A stretch of DNA of 64,000 nucleotides from assembly GCA_905178155.1 (NCBI GenBank), contig CAJINV010000002.1:12347621-12411620 (forward strand), in the 5' to 3' direction. Within the stretch, counting starts at the first letter, position 1, and the number at the start of each line of letters is the position of its first letter. The stretch comes from Amoebophrya sp. A120. Its lineage: Eukaryota; Protista; Dinoflagellata. Under the pieces are notes generated by a model that had not been told where the DNA came from, made no database searches, and saw only the letters and a program-made list of their open reading frames with translations. Made by a program: the position numbers and the translations under genes. Below are positions 48,178 through 60,007 of this stretch, one piece after another.

Positions 48178-51100
48178 TCAAACAGGATATTCCTCTGCAT
48201 CCACCAGATGAGATGCGGGCGTGCGACTACACCGTATAACGTTGACCTTTTTCTTCCTCCCTTTCCGTGCACCCTTTCTTCGACCTGATACAGCTTGTCG
48301 TCCCGCAGCGCCGCTCAAGCTATCCTCTGCGTGACCAGGTGTTCTGGCGAGAAACGCCGGCACGCTGGTCGATAGCTCGGGGTGTTGACAAAGTCCCGGC
48401 GCTGCGACGAGCATGCGGTAGTGGCAGAGAGTTTCGGACAATCCGACGATTTCCATCCCGCGCGTGTGGGCCGAAAACTTCTCTAGCAGCTTTTTTCTGC
48501 GGTCGCTGGCTTGAATGAAGCGGTTCCGTGCACTGGATCTGGAACCGCGCGTGGTATCAACCGGCGACGAGGAAATCAGTCCACTGTAGTGCACGAATTC
48601 GTTCCGCCTGGGGCGCTTCGAAGATTTTGCTGATGCAGACGCCGCGCTCGAACCGGTTCTAGCTGCGCGATTCGAAGAATTCGTTGCAACAGGTTCTCCA
48701 GGACGAGCTGCCAAAGATGAAGCAGCTACGGTGACTTCTCTCCACTGCGCGACTTGGGCCTCGAAATCCAAAGGAAGGCGGTCGGGATCTGAGGACGCAC
48801 GCGACCGGCGCTCTAGCTGGCGTTGGGGTCGTGAGTGTGTGGCTCCATGCTCACTTGTTCCTGTGTTCTGCTTCTCGTTGTTCACGACCTCCGTGCGGAG
48901 CGTGCTATCTTCTGAAGTACCAGAAGCTGTAGCACGGCCTGTCTCTGCATCAAGAACTGGCGGCACGTAATCAAAGTACTCGACGCTGTTTTCCTCCAAG
49001 TGCCCCTCTGTGTGGCTCTCATCTGCTTCTTCCATCTCGGCCTCAGTTCCCCAGGGATTCTTGCGACGGCGCCGGCGACCGCGCCTCTTCGACGGGCTGG
49101 TTTCCAGGTCCTCTGGAGCTGCAGGAGCGGTGGCGATACTCGGTCGCGGCGAAACGTGCGCGCTCGAGGTGAAAGGTGGTGCCCCCCCTAGATGAAGATT
49201 TGGGTCTTCCACATCTACATGCTGTGGGCGCACACCGTGCTCGTGGTCCTCGTCGGTGAAGTGGTCTGAGCTCATGGACAACGACCGCACCTCTTTCAGG
49301 TCGTCGAAAAAGCCCCCGCCCGAGGATCCCTCCTGGTCGTCCTCCGTCTCGTCGTTTGCTCGCGCGTGTCCACCGCCCTGCCCAACCGGCGGACACATGA
49401 AGAAAATTTCCGTTTCCCGCGCCTTCCCCGTCTCCTCGCAGGGGGTGCCGTCGGTCAGCCGTTGCCACGCGGCGTACAGCTTCGGCGTCTTGCGCCACTG
49501 GTCCAGATAGGGGTGCTGGTACGTGTTGCTCACCATCGACAGTAAAAGCTGTTTCGGGAACGGAACAATCCGCAGCTCCGCCAAGTGACGCGGCCGCATC
49601 AGCTCCACAATGCCCAGAACGCCCATGTCCAACTTGGGCGCCAGTTTCTGCACCAGGAACTTCCGAAACTTCTGTTTCTTGCTCGCATCTACCTTCATCT
49701 TTTGCGCGCTGTCTTCATCAATTTTCACTTCTCCCGAGGTGGATGCAGAGGTGGCGACAGCTTCGGTTATACCTTCCTGACTAGGATCTATCGTCGTGCC
49801 CTCATAGGTCTGCAGAAACTCCCCCGGCTTCCAACGGTTCTCGTGATCGAAGTACTCTACTTGACGAAGGTACGAAGGGGCGCCGGTCGCAGTCCACCCG
49901 GAATATTGAAGCCGTTGATCCCGCTCGCCCGCCACAGCTTTACTTTCTTCATCGTCGCCCCCCCCGCGTATCGCTGCAGAACCAGCTTCTACACCTTGCA
50001 GATGACTTTGACCATGTGGCCCAGTAGTTGTTTTCTCACCGAACACCTCCCAGACTTTCTCCGCATGGAAGACCAGACCCATAAAGTGCGCGATCATCTC
50101 AAGGATCTCTTCGGCATCAGGGCGATTTAGATTTTCCGCTTCGATTTCAGATGCTCCAGCACTACTAGGCGCGCCAGAAGTAGACAATCCGGAAGATGAT
50201 GTTGAGCTTCTAGCCTTTTGCTTCGTCTTCTTGGCGACATGTTGCCCTGAGGACACAACACGTCCTCGTCGTCCTGCCATCGAACCACTTTCGCTGTTGA
50301 TCTTGAGTCCGAGTTCTTCGTTGAAAGTCTCATTCAAGAACCTTTGCAAGGAAAAGATTCGTGTCAGCTCCTGGATCTCTTCGAAGTAGACCTTCGCCAG
50401 TTTTGTTATCGCACCCGCGAAAGAGTCCTTGGCTTTTATCCCAGTGGCGTACGGTGTGGACGATTCGTAAAATGCGGACGTCTTGTTGATTGATTGGAAC
50501 ACCAAATTTCCGTCGTACACCTGCCAGTTTTTCTGTCGCAGCTGGTTCAGAACCGACTCCTTGGACTTGGCACTCTTTTTCCTCCTTCTCTGGTGCGTTT
50601 TCTCAAAGTACCACTGCAGTTTGTCCCACACGTGAAGAAAAATGTGGGTCTCGGGGTCGCGAATCTGGCTGTCCCCATCGGAAAGGAGTCGCGGATTCTC
50701 CGGCTTCATGTTCACCGCGGCGCGGAGGGTCTTGGGGTACTGGTCCGGAGTTTCGGGCACCTTGTCGACAAAAGTGCTCGCATTTTGCGAGGCGCCCAGG
50801 GGGAAGCTCAATTTCTTCGCCAGATGGAGCAGCCTAGTGCGAAGGTTGAAGATCTTCCCCAGAATCGATTGCGACGTCCCGAGAGAGTAAGCAACTTCCA
50901 CGCTGGCAGCGGGCGAATTCGGCAAGTTCTCTTGCGTCACTACCGCGCCGTTGGCGTCGATCGTCAAGCCATGCTGTGCCTGGGCCGCGTGGAACTGCCG
51001 CATGCCGTGTGGAAAGCAATACTGGTACGACCACCAGCCCTCGTTCCGATCCAAGCACTGCCCGAAATGGTTGCTGAGTAACAGCGACAGTGGGAGAGAC

Positions 51101-53997
51101 TCTTTAAACAGACGCATGCTTGGCCGCAGCTGCCGAGTATTTTCATACTTTTGCCTTTGTCGTTCCTTCAGTCTTTCTTGCTCCATTTCCTCGTGACTGC
51201 GACCAGAGATAGCATCAACCTCCGGCGCTGTCGCGGTTTTGTTCCTTGCGCTTTTTCGTGTACTTTGCGCGAAAGGCAACTCGTCCGTCGCAGGCGAAAA
51301 GAAAAATTCCCTTGGCGCTTTCCAGAGAAAAAAATGGACGTTGCTGAAGAGGTTCGTGAAACTTTCTAGCAAGTTTTTCGGCCCATTTGACGGCTCGGAC
51401 CCGTCGCTCCTACTACTGGCCACCTTCTCTCCCTCGGCGCTACTTGCGTCGTAAGCGGAGCGCTCGCCAGTTTCACTACGGACGGTTGATTTCCTGGAAC
51501 CCGAGGCTGCAGCTCCCTCGTCGAGGAAACTTTTCGTCGAGAAGCCGGCCTCGTCCCGATCTTTACTGTCGGCGAACAGGTTCTGCTTTGCCTCAGCGAC
51601 TACGTAGTCGAGAAAAGACAAAGTGCGGTCGAGGTCGTCGATGTCCGTCACTTTCAAATGTGAGTAAGCCGTGCGAGAGTCCTTCAATGGGTCGGCTGAG
51701 CCCACTCTCGTAATCGCCGGCTGTTTGGGTGAAGGAAACGTGCTGAGGTAGCGAACTAAGCCAAAGCCCTGGAGGTCCTGCATACTACACAGACTCGGAG
51801 AATTGATACGAATCTCGTATTGCAGCGGTTTCGGCTCGCTAACTTTGCTGTAGGAAGGGGCAAGCTCAGCTCCTGTTTTTATTGGAAAGGAGTTTTCATC
51901 AGTCATTTTCGTGGGTCTGGGTAGGAAAGAAATCTTTATTTTCCGTGGGAACCCAAGAATATTAACGCATGAGAGTGTGCTTCCTCGGTGCTGCTGTTGT
52001 TCACAGGTTTTGATATTTGTGAATGTCGCGAGAACGTTCGTGCTCGACTCAAACAATTACAACAATCGTTGATTGTCATTCACTCTACGTAAAGAAAATG
52101 TACCACAGTCGATGAGGACGAAGGTTTCGCGGCCGTCGGTGCCCCCGCTGTAGTGCTGTGCAAGTGAAAGTGTCGCAGCACCCCGCTGCAGGGCGTCTGC
52201 GAGCGCTGCCTTCTTTTGCTCGGGTAAGTGGTCCAGAACAAGGCTTGGACTTGTTACAGTCGACGTTTTATTTCCATCTACTTGATGGCTCGTCCGATCG
52301 GGCACTGGCTCATCTCCGGCTGCTCCTGTCTGTTCGGCAGAGTAAAAATCCGATGCAGGCAGCACTGCATCGAGAAGAAATCGCCACGACGTATTCTTTG
52401 TTCTAGTCGCGTCCCTCGGTTCGTCGGCCAAGCGGCTCGCTGTGTCTGAACCCCCCCGTTCATCTGTTCGATCCGGCTGTGGCACAGGCACTCCATGCAC
52501 CGTGACAATTTGTGCGGAAAATTTTCCAAGGGAGTACCCCGCCGCGAGAGGATTTCCGCGCTCAAACTGGCGAACTTCATCGCCGAAACAAAGCGTGAAG
52601 CCCCAATACCCGTCCTCTTCCTTTCCGAGCCGCCAGCAGGACGCCTGGCGGTCCATTTCTTTCTGCACGCTGGGAGTTATGGAACCACCAGAAGATCCAG
52701 TTGTAAGACTACTATCTTCCGTATCGTCCTCCGCGTCGAGGTCATTGAGCTCCTCCTCCTCTGTCTTTTTTCTTTTTTCCGGTGGGCGTGCCTGCTGCGG
52801 TTGGTGCTGAATGGTACTTCCCTGAAATGCAATCCCATTCCCGTCGGCGTTAATGAACTGAAAATCCTTGATCTTTGCAAACAGCAGCTCGCGCAGGTAC
52901 GCGGGCTCCGGAACGGCGAGTTGCAGCTTGTCGGCTTTATCGGGTCGTTTTGAAGAAGATCCCGGTCGAAGTTCAGGCTCATTCCTTCTCTGACGGTGGT
53001 CACGACCGTTCTTTTGTGTTTCTTCGCCACTGTTGATGTGTGCTTCCGTTTGCAGCGCCGCTGAATGGACTTGCGAAAGGGGTCTTGCCTGCTCTCTCTC
53101 CCGATCTCGTTCGTGTTGTATCGCGATGTAACGTTCTAGACCGGGGTACAGCTTCGAAGAGTCGCGCTTAAAGAGGTCGTCCTGCGAGTCGTGATCGTGA
53201 TGTTGCGCTGGGTTCCTCGGTGGAGCAGGTGGAGGAACAGGGATGGTTGCATCTTCCGCCTGTTCCTTGACAGGCTGTATCCCGAGCCTCGACGGCGACG
53301 TCGTTGAAGATGTATTGGAGGTGCTACTTTCATCTCCCAGCACATCAGTGACTGTCGTGCCAGGTCGAACTAACTCGGACTGAGAAGTACCAGCCTGTGC
53401 ACTTTCGCGCCCCCGGTCGCGAAAATGATGATCGGCAATGGGATTTTGATCATCTGTAGTTTCGTCAGAGGGACTTGTATTCCGTTGTAGTTCAACTCGA
53501 GCAGCTTCTGATTGTGATTGCCCCTTCGTAGTAGTTCTAGGATTCGCGTTCGTCGTGAGCCGGTGCTTTACTTCAATGTCACACTGGAGTGTGTGCGGTC
53601 CGACCTGCAGGTGCCGTGTTAGTGCGACTCTACGAGGATCCGAGACAACTGTAGCATTCTTGTTGGGCCACTGGTTTTCTGTGCTACGTGCACGAGAATC
53701 TGTATCCCAATACTCGCCATCGGGTCGAACCAGACCGTTGCCGACGTGAATTACCAAACGCCGGTCCCGAGCCGCGGCGAGCGTAGAGGCTTCATTTCGG
53801 TGCTTGCCGCCCCGCGTCGTGCTCTCGGTCACTGCGGCAGCGCCGGTCGTGTACCGCGAGAAGGACAGGAACGATGTGAAAATTGTGCCGGAAGCGGAAA
53901 GCCAAATCCAGACCAAACTAGACCCTTTAATAACTTCCAAGCAGCCACGACGACTTGCACGACATGCTCTTGTTCCCACCATCTTCTGCGCTGCCAA
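48178..53997 (-). CDS. ER lectin, ERLEC1/OS-9-like, two MRH domains with very long insertions; probable intron ~51920-52100
   Basis: CWRLGKEEDGYWGFTLCFGDEVRQF; CLDRNEGWWSYQYCFPHGMRQFH; DGTPCEETGKARETEIFFMC; ETLCHYRMLVAAPGLCQHP; N-terminal hydrophobic segment. Confidence 0.8.
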
Positions 53998-54675
53998 TGC
54001 TTCGCGCTCGGTCGTGTACCTAGTACTGTATTGAGCGGACCGGCATGGGTACTTAGCACGTTCTACCTCTACAACCGCCTAAAACTCGCAAACCTAGAAG
54101 AATCATGCATCTTACTTTTTCAAAGTAAGCGCTACATGATGTGATGTCTTTCATACGTAATAATAAGCGCTCCGGTATTCAATTGAAAATGTCATTCACA
54201 GGGTGGACCTGACGACGCAGGAGATGAAGACTCTCCGACGTTCAATTGCTAAATGCGCAAGCGCGGATATTGGTGCCTTTTTCTTCGCCTTCTCGCTGAT
54301 GTTTTAACAAATTGGGCTCTCCAAACACTCGAGTACTTATGTACTTAAATAAGTGGTGGTTTAGAGTTAGAAGCTTCGCTCGATGACACATCGGCACGAC
54401 ATTTTTTGAACACCTGTAGTTGACCTCGACGCACGCCCTCTACCAGCACCCTTCGTAGACGAAAACGGCATGGCGCTGGATATCACCGTGCTTGTATCTA
54501 TCATAGTACACACAACCACTGCAAGAACGCAGGAGCCGTGCAGGGCGGCACCCGCCCAAACATCCACTGTAGACATTTGACACGTTCAGTACTCGTTCAT
54601 TTCATGCGGGAAGACGATTCAGTGACGCTTCTTAGCTTTAGTTTCTTTTTTCGTGGGCCCTCCTGCAGTCGAATT

Positions 54676-57600
54676 TCACAAGTAAAAGTTAGTGAAAAGC
54701 GATCGCTTTTTCTTGCGCTGGCCAATTTTTGAAGATTGGTGACGCGCAGCCAAAGTGTAGTCGGCTGGCAGAGTCCAAAACTCCTCTGTATCCTGCCCGC
54801 AATCGCGCCGAGCGCGAGCGGCGCTATCGTTGTACGGCGTGTATTTTTTTACTTCCATGCAGGCTCGGATAGCAAAGTTGAAAGGCACTGCGATTTTTAT
54901 CGGGAAAAGTGGTTTTTTCACAGCTTGTTCGCGTTCTTCGCCGTGGACAGTTGTGGACGAGGTCGTACTTGCAGTGGACAGAAGTGAAAACTGCTGCCTT
55001 TGGCTGCAGCTCTTCCAGAATTCTCCAATCTTTCGGAAGGTACGGTGCCGCTCCGTGATCAGCTGCAGAATAGGCTCCAAATCCTTCATCAAGAACGGAA
55101 GGCGGTCCGTCAGCCACAGATCGACATGAATTCTGCGTGTTGACGAGCCGACCTTATCAAACTGGCTCCGTTGGTGCGTCGGTGCGTTTTTGTTTCCACT
55201 ATCTTCCGAGGCTTTGTGCGGTAGTTGCGACTGCGAAACCCGACCCCTAGAATAATTTCTAGCGCCCGACGAGTCTTTAAAATGGCTCCTTGAAGCGGTT
55301 TTCGCACTAAATCCGTCACGCGCACTTATCGTTCCCCCTCCAGCAACTTGATCATGGGGAGCTGCTGATAATCTTTCTGCCCCGATTCCTCGTGAGGGTC
55401 GGCGCTTCGTCGCAAAGTTCCTAGGTCTTTTCGCGAACTCGCCCGTGTCTCCTCCCGGTTTCGCAAGGCTGTTGGCTCGACTCACCGTACTGAAGACCGA
55501 GGGCTGCTCGGAGAGGAGCGAGAAATCGTTCGGACTGGCGTGCAGCAGGTCATTCGCTGAAAAGTTGTCCTCGCCGTAAACCTGCTCGTCCCTTTTCGCC
55601 ACCGGCGAGAGGAACGCAGTTCCGGTGATGGAACTGGCAGTATCGATATCCAGAGCAGCAGCATAACGCGGCAACAATTCATCTTCATCTTCGAGATTGT
55701 TGTTGTAGCTGTCAAAGTCCAGCACGACCTCCTCTTCGTCGATGGGCTCGAAGGTGGCGAAGTCCCCGCCCGGCTTTTTCAGTGCGAAAACAGAGGGGTC
55801 GCCGAGCGAGTTGCTGAGGTCCACCTCGGAGTACGTTTCCCATTCCTCGCTGGTCCACGAATCATCATTAAGGATTTCATGCAGCTCCGCCTCGTATGTG
55901 CCTTCATCGAAGCAATGCAACTCTGGATTGTCTTTGTCAATCTGGCTTTCGCCATCAATGCTGCGGGGCTTGCTACTGTGCAACATGCTCGAAGCGACCA
56001 CCTCTGGCAACGCCTTACCCATTGGCAGAGGCTCATGAAAGTAGGTCTCGAACATTTGGCCGCGGATCCAGTTCGACTGGCCCTTCTGTCGCAAGTGCAG
56101 AACGGAATCGATGTTCAGCTCGAGGCGCCTACAGGGAAAGCTGTTCACAAATTGCGTCTGCGGGTGAAAATGCAACTCCTCTGTGGAGGGCGCCTTGGAA
56201 AGCGAATCCGGAGTGTCGGTCGGCAGATCGAGTTCCCAGCTGAAAACGTCCGAGGCCATGAGCTCTTCGACAATCACTTTCCTTTCCGCTTGCGACAGGT
56301 TCGTGTCGTCAGCAAAAGAGAACGACTTCTTGGTGTGGTTGATTAACAGCAGCTCTGCCTTCCGGGGAGACAAAGCTTGATCGTGCTGAGAACGAGGGGG
56401 CAAAGGCTCCCAACTTTCTTTATCTTTATCTCGCTCAAATCTTTCTACAACGACGTCCTCGGCGCTGTCGATATTTTTCATTTCGTTCGGAGAAAGTGCG
56501 GCAGAGTCAGGACCGTGCTGGGCGACGTTCATCTGTGGAATGAACAACGTCGTGAGCTTTCTTCGTTTGATCCTTGGTTCGAAGAAGCTGGGTCGCTTTT
56601 TCTTGTAGGACGCCAATGTGCTGTCGATGCGGAGCTTTCTGCCCTGCTTGTAGACTTTTACCGTGTCGGAAGGGCCGAGATCAAGGTGAGACAAATTTAC
56701 GCTGAAGAAACGATTGTTCCAGGGCGCAAGTTCGAGTCGGTAATCTAACTCCAGGTAGAAATCGGGGAGTACGGCCATCGAATCCGCGAGCGAAGCTAGC
56801 CGTTTCTCCCACCGTTTCGCGGCGGCTGATGCTCTTCGGCGGCGAACCGTGGATCGCGTTCCGACGGAAGACGCCGGCGAGTTCGTGCTGATCGTAGAAT
56901 TCAGCGCGTTTTTATGCGCCATCCTTCCTGCAGGTGAAGGAGAGTCGATGTTCTCGTCCTGCGGTTTCCTTTTGGCGCCTGCCTGCTGTGCCTCGTCTAG
57001 CTCCTCCATCTCTGCGCCCTGGTTCACGAGAAGCTCGACGAGTGCCCGATTGTTTTGCGAGACCGCTTCATCTAGCGGAGACCAGAACACCTGCCAAGGA
57101 AACTGTCGCGTCTTTATTCCTAGTGAACTTGTGCTGTCGAGGACCCCTGGCGCAGGTCGGGAATTTAGACCCGAAGAATGCACCGGTGCAGACGAGCTAC
57201 GCACACTGCGATTCACGCTGCGCACTGTGGCAGAAGAATCTTCCCCCGTTAGACAATTCTCGGCACTACCTTCGTGCTCCCCAGCGGCGTCTACGCACGG
57301 CGAGCCCGCAATCGCTACAGGTGGCATAGAAGAAGAAGTTGATAGCGCGATACAATTTGCAGCTTCAGCAGGTTTACCCTGAGGCGGGGAACCAGCATGG
57401 CTGGGAGTTGCAGCGCTTGTTGGATTCAGAAGCACCATCTTGTGTGGCTCTTGTTGGCTGGGCCCAGCGTCGCTTGTTCCGGTTGTTTCCGCAGGCTCTT
57501 CTTGACTTGCCATGCCTTTCCTACAAAGCATCTTTCGTTTCAGAAAACTCAAGACACGCAGTGCCGTTCCCCTTTTTCTACCAGCGGCTTTGGCACTAGT

Positions 57601-58947
57601 GCTACGCTCCCGCCGGGCCAAAGGCGAACATCCACGGGGCGGCTTTTTTTTCTCCGTCGACGCAGAGGACAGTGCGGTGTTCATTTTGATCTGATGTTGC
57701 TCTGAGGCAATATTCATCCGAGCGTGCGACGCAGCACCAGAAGCTGAAGACACCGCTCCAATACCAGGTCGTTCTGCAGGCACTGGAGCCACGATATTTT
57801 CGATGCCCTCAAGGTCAGAAACTTTCTGTGTAGAGTACCCAGCACGTGCACGATCCTCTATAGCGGTTTCTGTCTCAGACTCTGGCTTGTCCGTCTCAGA
57901 CTTTATCGGTATTTGCGGAACTAACCCTTTTTGCCGCTTTCGCTCTCCAACCAGGCGCATATCCGCTCCGTGCTGCAACAAAAGCTTTGTGACCTCTCGG
58001 TAAGCTTTCGGACAACGGGGATACCGTGCGACCGCAATCATCAAGGCTGTGTGCCCATACTCGTTGATTGTGTTCACAAAGGTTGCGACTTCGTCCAGCG
58101 CACAAGCCCGTTCTTCCGCTGCGTCACCAGCGATCCTCTCGAGCACATGGGTTATTTCAGTGACGTCCGCAAGAAAAACAGCCTCGTGAAATGCCTTCAA
58201 TAGCCGCACGTCGACCTTCGCACTGTTTTCGTTCTTCTCCGGTGAAGTGCTTGCACTTGCAATTGCTCTGCTGTTCCCCGCACCCAAAGTGATCGGCTTT
58301 GACGTCCGCCCAGCGGTCTCTCGATCTCGTCCGCCACCGTCCCTTGAAGGCAAGCGCTGCAAAAAGTCAGAAGGCAGACTCACCGGAGCTGGTTCCACTA
58401 TGAGCGCACCTGCACAGTGCCTGTTAGTGTTTTCCTCGTCTATCTCTTCTTCAAGCAACTGCAAGGCATCGCCAACACTGTCATCCGGTCGTCCATCGTA
58501 GCTATTAGGCGAAGCTGCAGCTGCGCCACTTTCTACGTTGCCTATGTGACCTCCACCTGGCGGAGTCTCTATCACGCGGGAACGTATTTGCGCTACCTTC
58601 TCACCCACTGAGGGTACCGCTTCAACGCTTTCGCTTACTTTTTCATTTTCACCATCTTGTTGCACAGGCAGTGCGACTTTCTGTGCGGTCTTGCGAAAGA
58701 AGTGTGCGACGCCCGGAGCTGTCTCTTCCTCCGGTACCTCCAAGTGGTCGCCGTCGTCAGCGTTGTTGTCCTCACCGGCGCCTCTGTACTCCTCGGGAAC
58801 CATCACTGTTAGTCCGTTAAGGCTCCTGTTTCCGCTTGTTCTCACGACGCCAGGCGAACCCACAAAGTGCGCATTTTCGGGCATGGCTAATGTTCTACCT
58901 CTACGACAACAATTGAGGTTAGTACCTGGAGGTGGCCGCTGGTTCAA
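54676..58947 (-). CDS. ANKRD13-like ankyrin repeat protein (first ATG at 58884)
   Basis: NEYGHTALMIAV, WSPLDEAVSQNNRALVELL, PDFYLELDYRLE, PSDTVKVYKQGRKLRIDSTL, LWLTDRLPF, FPIKIAVP. Confidence 0.82.
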   Translation of the reverse strand: MNQRPPPGTNLNCCRRGRTLAMPENAHFVGSPGVVRTSGNRSLNGLTVMVPEEYRGAGEDNNADDGDHLEVPEEETAPGVAHFFRKTAQKVALPVQQDGENEKVSESVEAVPSVGEKVAQIRSRVIETPPGGGHIGNVESGAAAASPNSYDGRPDDSVGDALQLLEEEIDEENTNRHCAGALIVEPAPVSLPSDFLQRLPSRDGGGRDRETAGRTSKPITLGAGNSRAIASASTSPEKNENSAKVDVRLLKAFHEAVFLADVTEITHVLERIAGDAAEERACALDEVATFVNTINEYGHTALMIAVARYPRCPKAYREVTKLLLQHGADMRLVGERKRQKGLVPQIPIKSETDKPESETETAIEDRARAGYSTQKVSDLEGIENIVAPVPAERPGIGAVSSASGAASHARMNIASEQHQIKMNTALSSASTEKKKPPRGCSPLARRERSTSAKAAGRKRGTALRVLSFLKRKMLCRKGMASQEEPAETTGTSDAGPSQQEPHKMVLLNPTSAATPSHAGSPPQGKPAEAANCIALSTSSSMPPVAIAGSPCVDAAGEHEGSAENCLTGEDSSATVRSVNRSVRSSSAPVHSSGLNSRPAPGVLDSTSSLGIKTRQFPWQVFWSPLDEAVSQNNRALVELLVNQGAEMEELDEAQQAGAKRKPQDENIDSPSPAGRMAHKNALNSTISTNSPASSVGTRSTVRRRRASAAAKRWEKRLASLADSMAVLPDFYLELDYRLELAPWNNRFFSVNLSHLDLGPSDTVKVYKQGRKLRIDSTLASYKKKRPSFFEPRIKRRKLTTLFIPQMNVAQHGPDSAALSPNEMKNIDSAEDVVVERFERDKDKESWEPLPPRSQHDQALSPRKAELLLINHTKKSFSFADDTNLSQAERKVIVEELMASDVFSWELDLPTDTPDSLSKAPSTEELHFHPQTQFVNSFPCRRLELNIDSVLHLRQKGQSNWIRGQMFETYFHEPLPMGKALPEVVASSMLHSSKPRSIDGESQIDKDNPELHCFDEGTYEAELHEILNDDSWTSEEWETYSEVDLSNSLGDPSVFALKKPGGDFATFEPIDEEEVVLDFDSYNNNLEDEDELLPRYAAALDIDTASSITGTAFLSPVAKRDEQVYGEDNFSANDLLHASPNDFSLLSEQPSVFSTVSRANSLAKPGGDTGEFAKRPRNFATKRRPSRGIGAERLSAAPHDQVAGGGTISARDGFSAKTASRSHFKDSSGARNYSRGRVSQSQLPHKASEDSGNKNAPTHQRSQFDKVGSSTRRIHVDLWLTDRLPFLMKDLEPILQLITERHRTFRKIGEFWKSCSQRQQFSLLSTASTTSSTTVHGEEREQAVKKPLFPIKIAVPFNFAIRACMEVKKYTPYNDSAARARRDCGQDTEEFWTLPADYTLAARHQSSKIGQRKKKRSLFTNFYL

Positions 58948-60007
58948 CTGTAACTCACTGAAAGTGGCCCTGCACTATAGACCACATTGTTCTTTCTTTT
59001 TTCTCTGTGTCCTGTCCGAAGCGCAGACGACAGGGAGAGCAACCGAGCGGACCAATGCTCATGAAGGAGGGGGATAAACATCATTTCAATATTTTTAAAT
59101 ATCATCCCTTGTCATTGTGTGCACGCACCATCCGTCCACCTGTCCTGTCGCGATCGTCCCTTGCAATACCGGAGCCTGTGCGTGCCACACGCGTTTCCTC
59201 TCATCTCTTCTTGCAAGCAGCTCCGAAAGCCAACAAAAAATATACTATGCAGAATCTATTTCTTTGCATACTTGTTGGGCAACACTTGACGACCTTCTGC
59301 GTCGACTCGTGCTCTTTGCACCACTCGGGTTTCTTTTGCAATTCACATTCAGAGTATGCAAGCACAAGCAAGCAACTATTTGAAAGAACTTTCAGCTGTC
59401 TAAGTGGTCTATATTTTCTTCACAAATTCATCATCAATGTAGAAGATGCAGAAGCAACTGCATCAATTGCAGCCACGACCGCCTCCAATTTTTCTCCTGT
59501 TGGTCTAAAAAAGTGCTTGCGGCAACCTGCGTCAGTATTTATTATATACCCGCTACTCTATGAGTCACAGCCGCACTCAGAACAGCGGTTTCGCCAAAAA
59601 GTCTTAAAAAAGCAAAGTAATTTTTTTCCCCGAAGCAGGTAGACGTTCTGAGCAGGTGCAGCGCAAGACTTTTCACATCCGTGTTCGCTTTTTAGAAGGA
59701 GCAGGGTACGACCATAGAAAGGAGTTCGCCCGGCGTCAAATTCGCAAAACAATGTTTTATTTTTCACCGAAAATGTAAAAAACATTTTTCGTCAAAGCTT
59801 TGAAAAAGGAGTTGTGAAATGAATCATCTAAGAAGTTGTTGTTTTGTATTCGCTTCCGCGTCCGCTACGAAACTGCGCAAAGAGTAAGTACTAGACCACC
59901 CAGTTTCATCACTGCGATGATAGATGATCAATCGATTGCGCAGAAGTAGCGGACGACGAAGACTATCGCAAATATTGAAAAGACTAGCAAGACCATGTTG
60001 GGGGGGT

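Noticed and set aside
47664-48181. Short ORFs downstream of the ER lectin gene
   Set aside because: No recognisable domain; may be UTR or an unresolved small gene.
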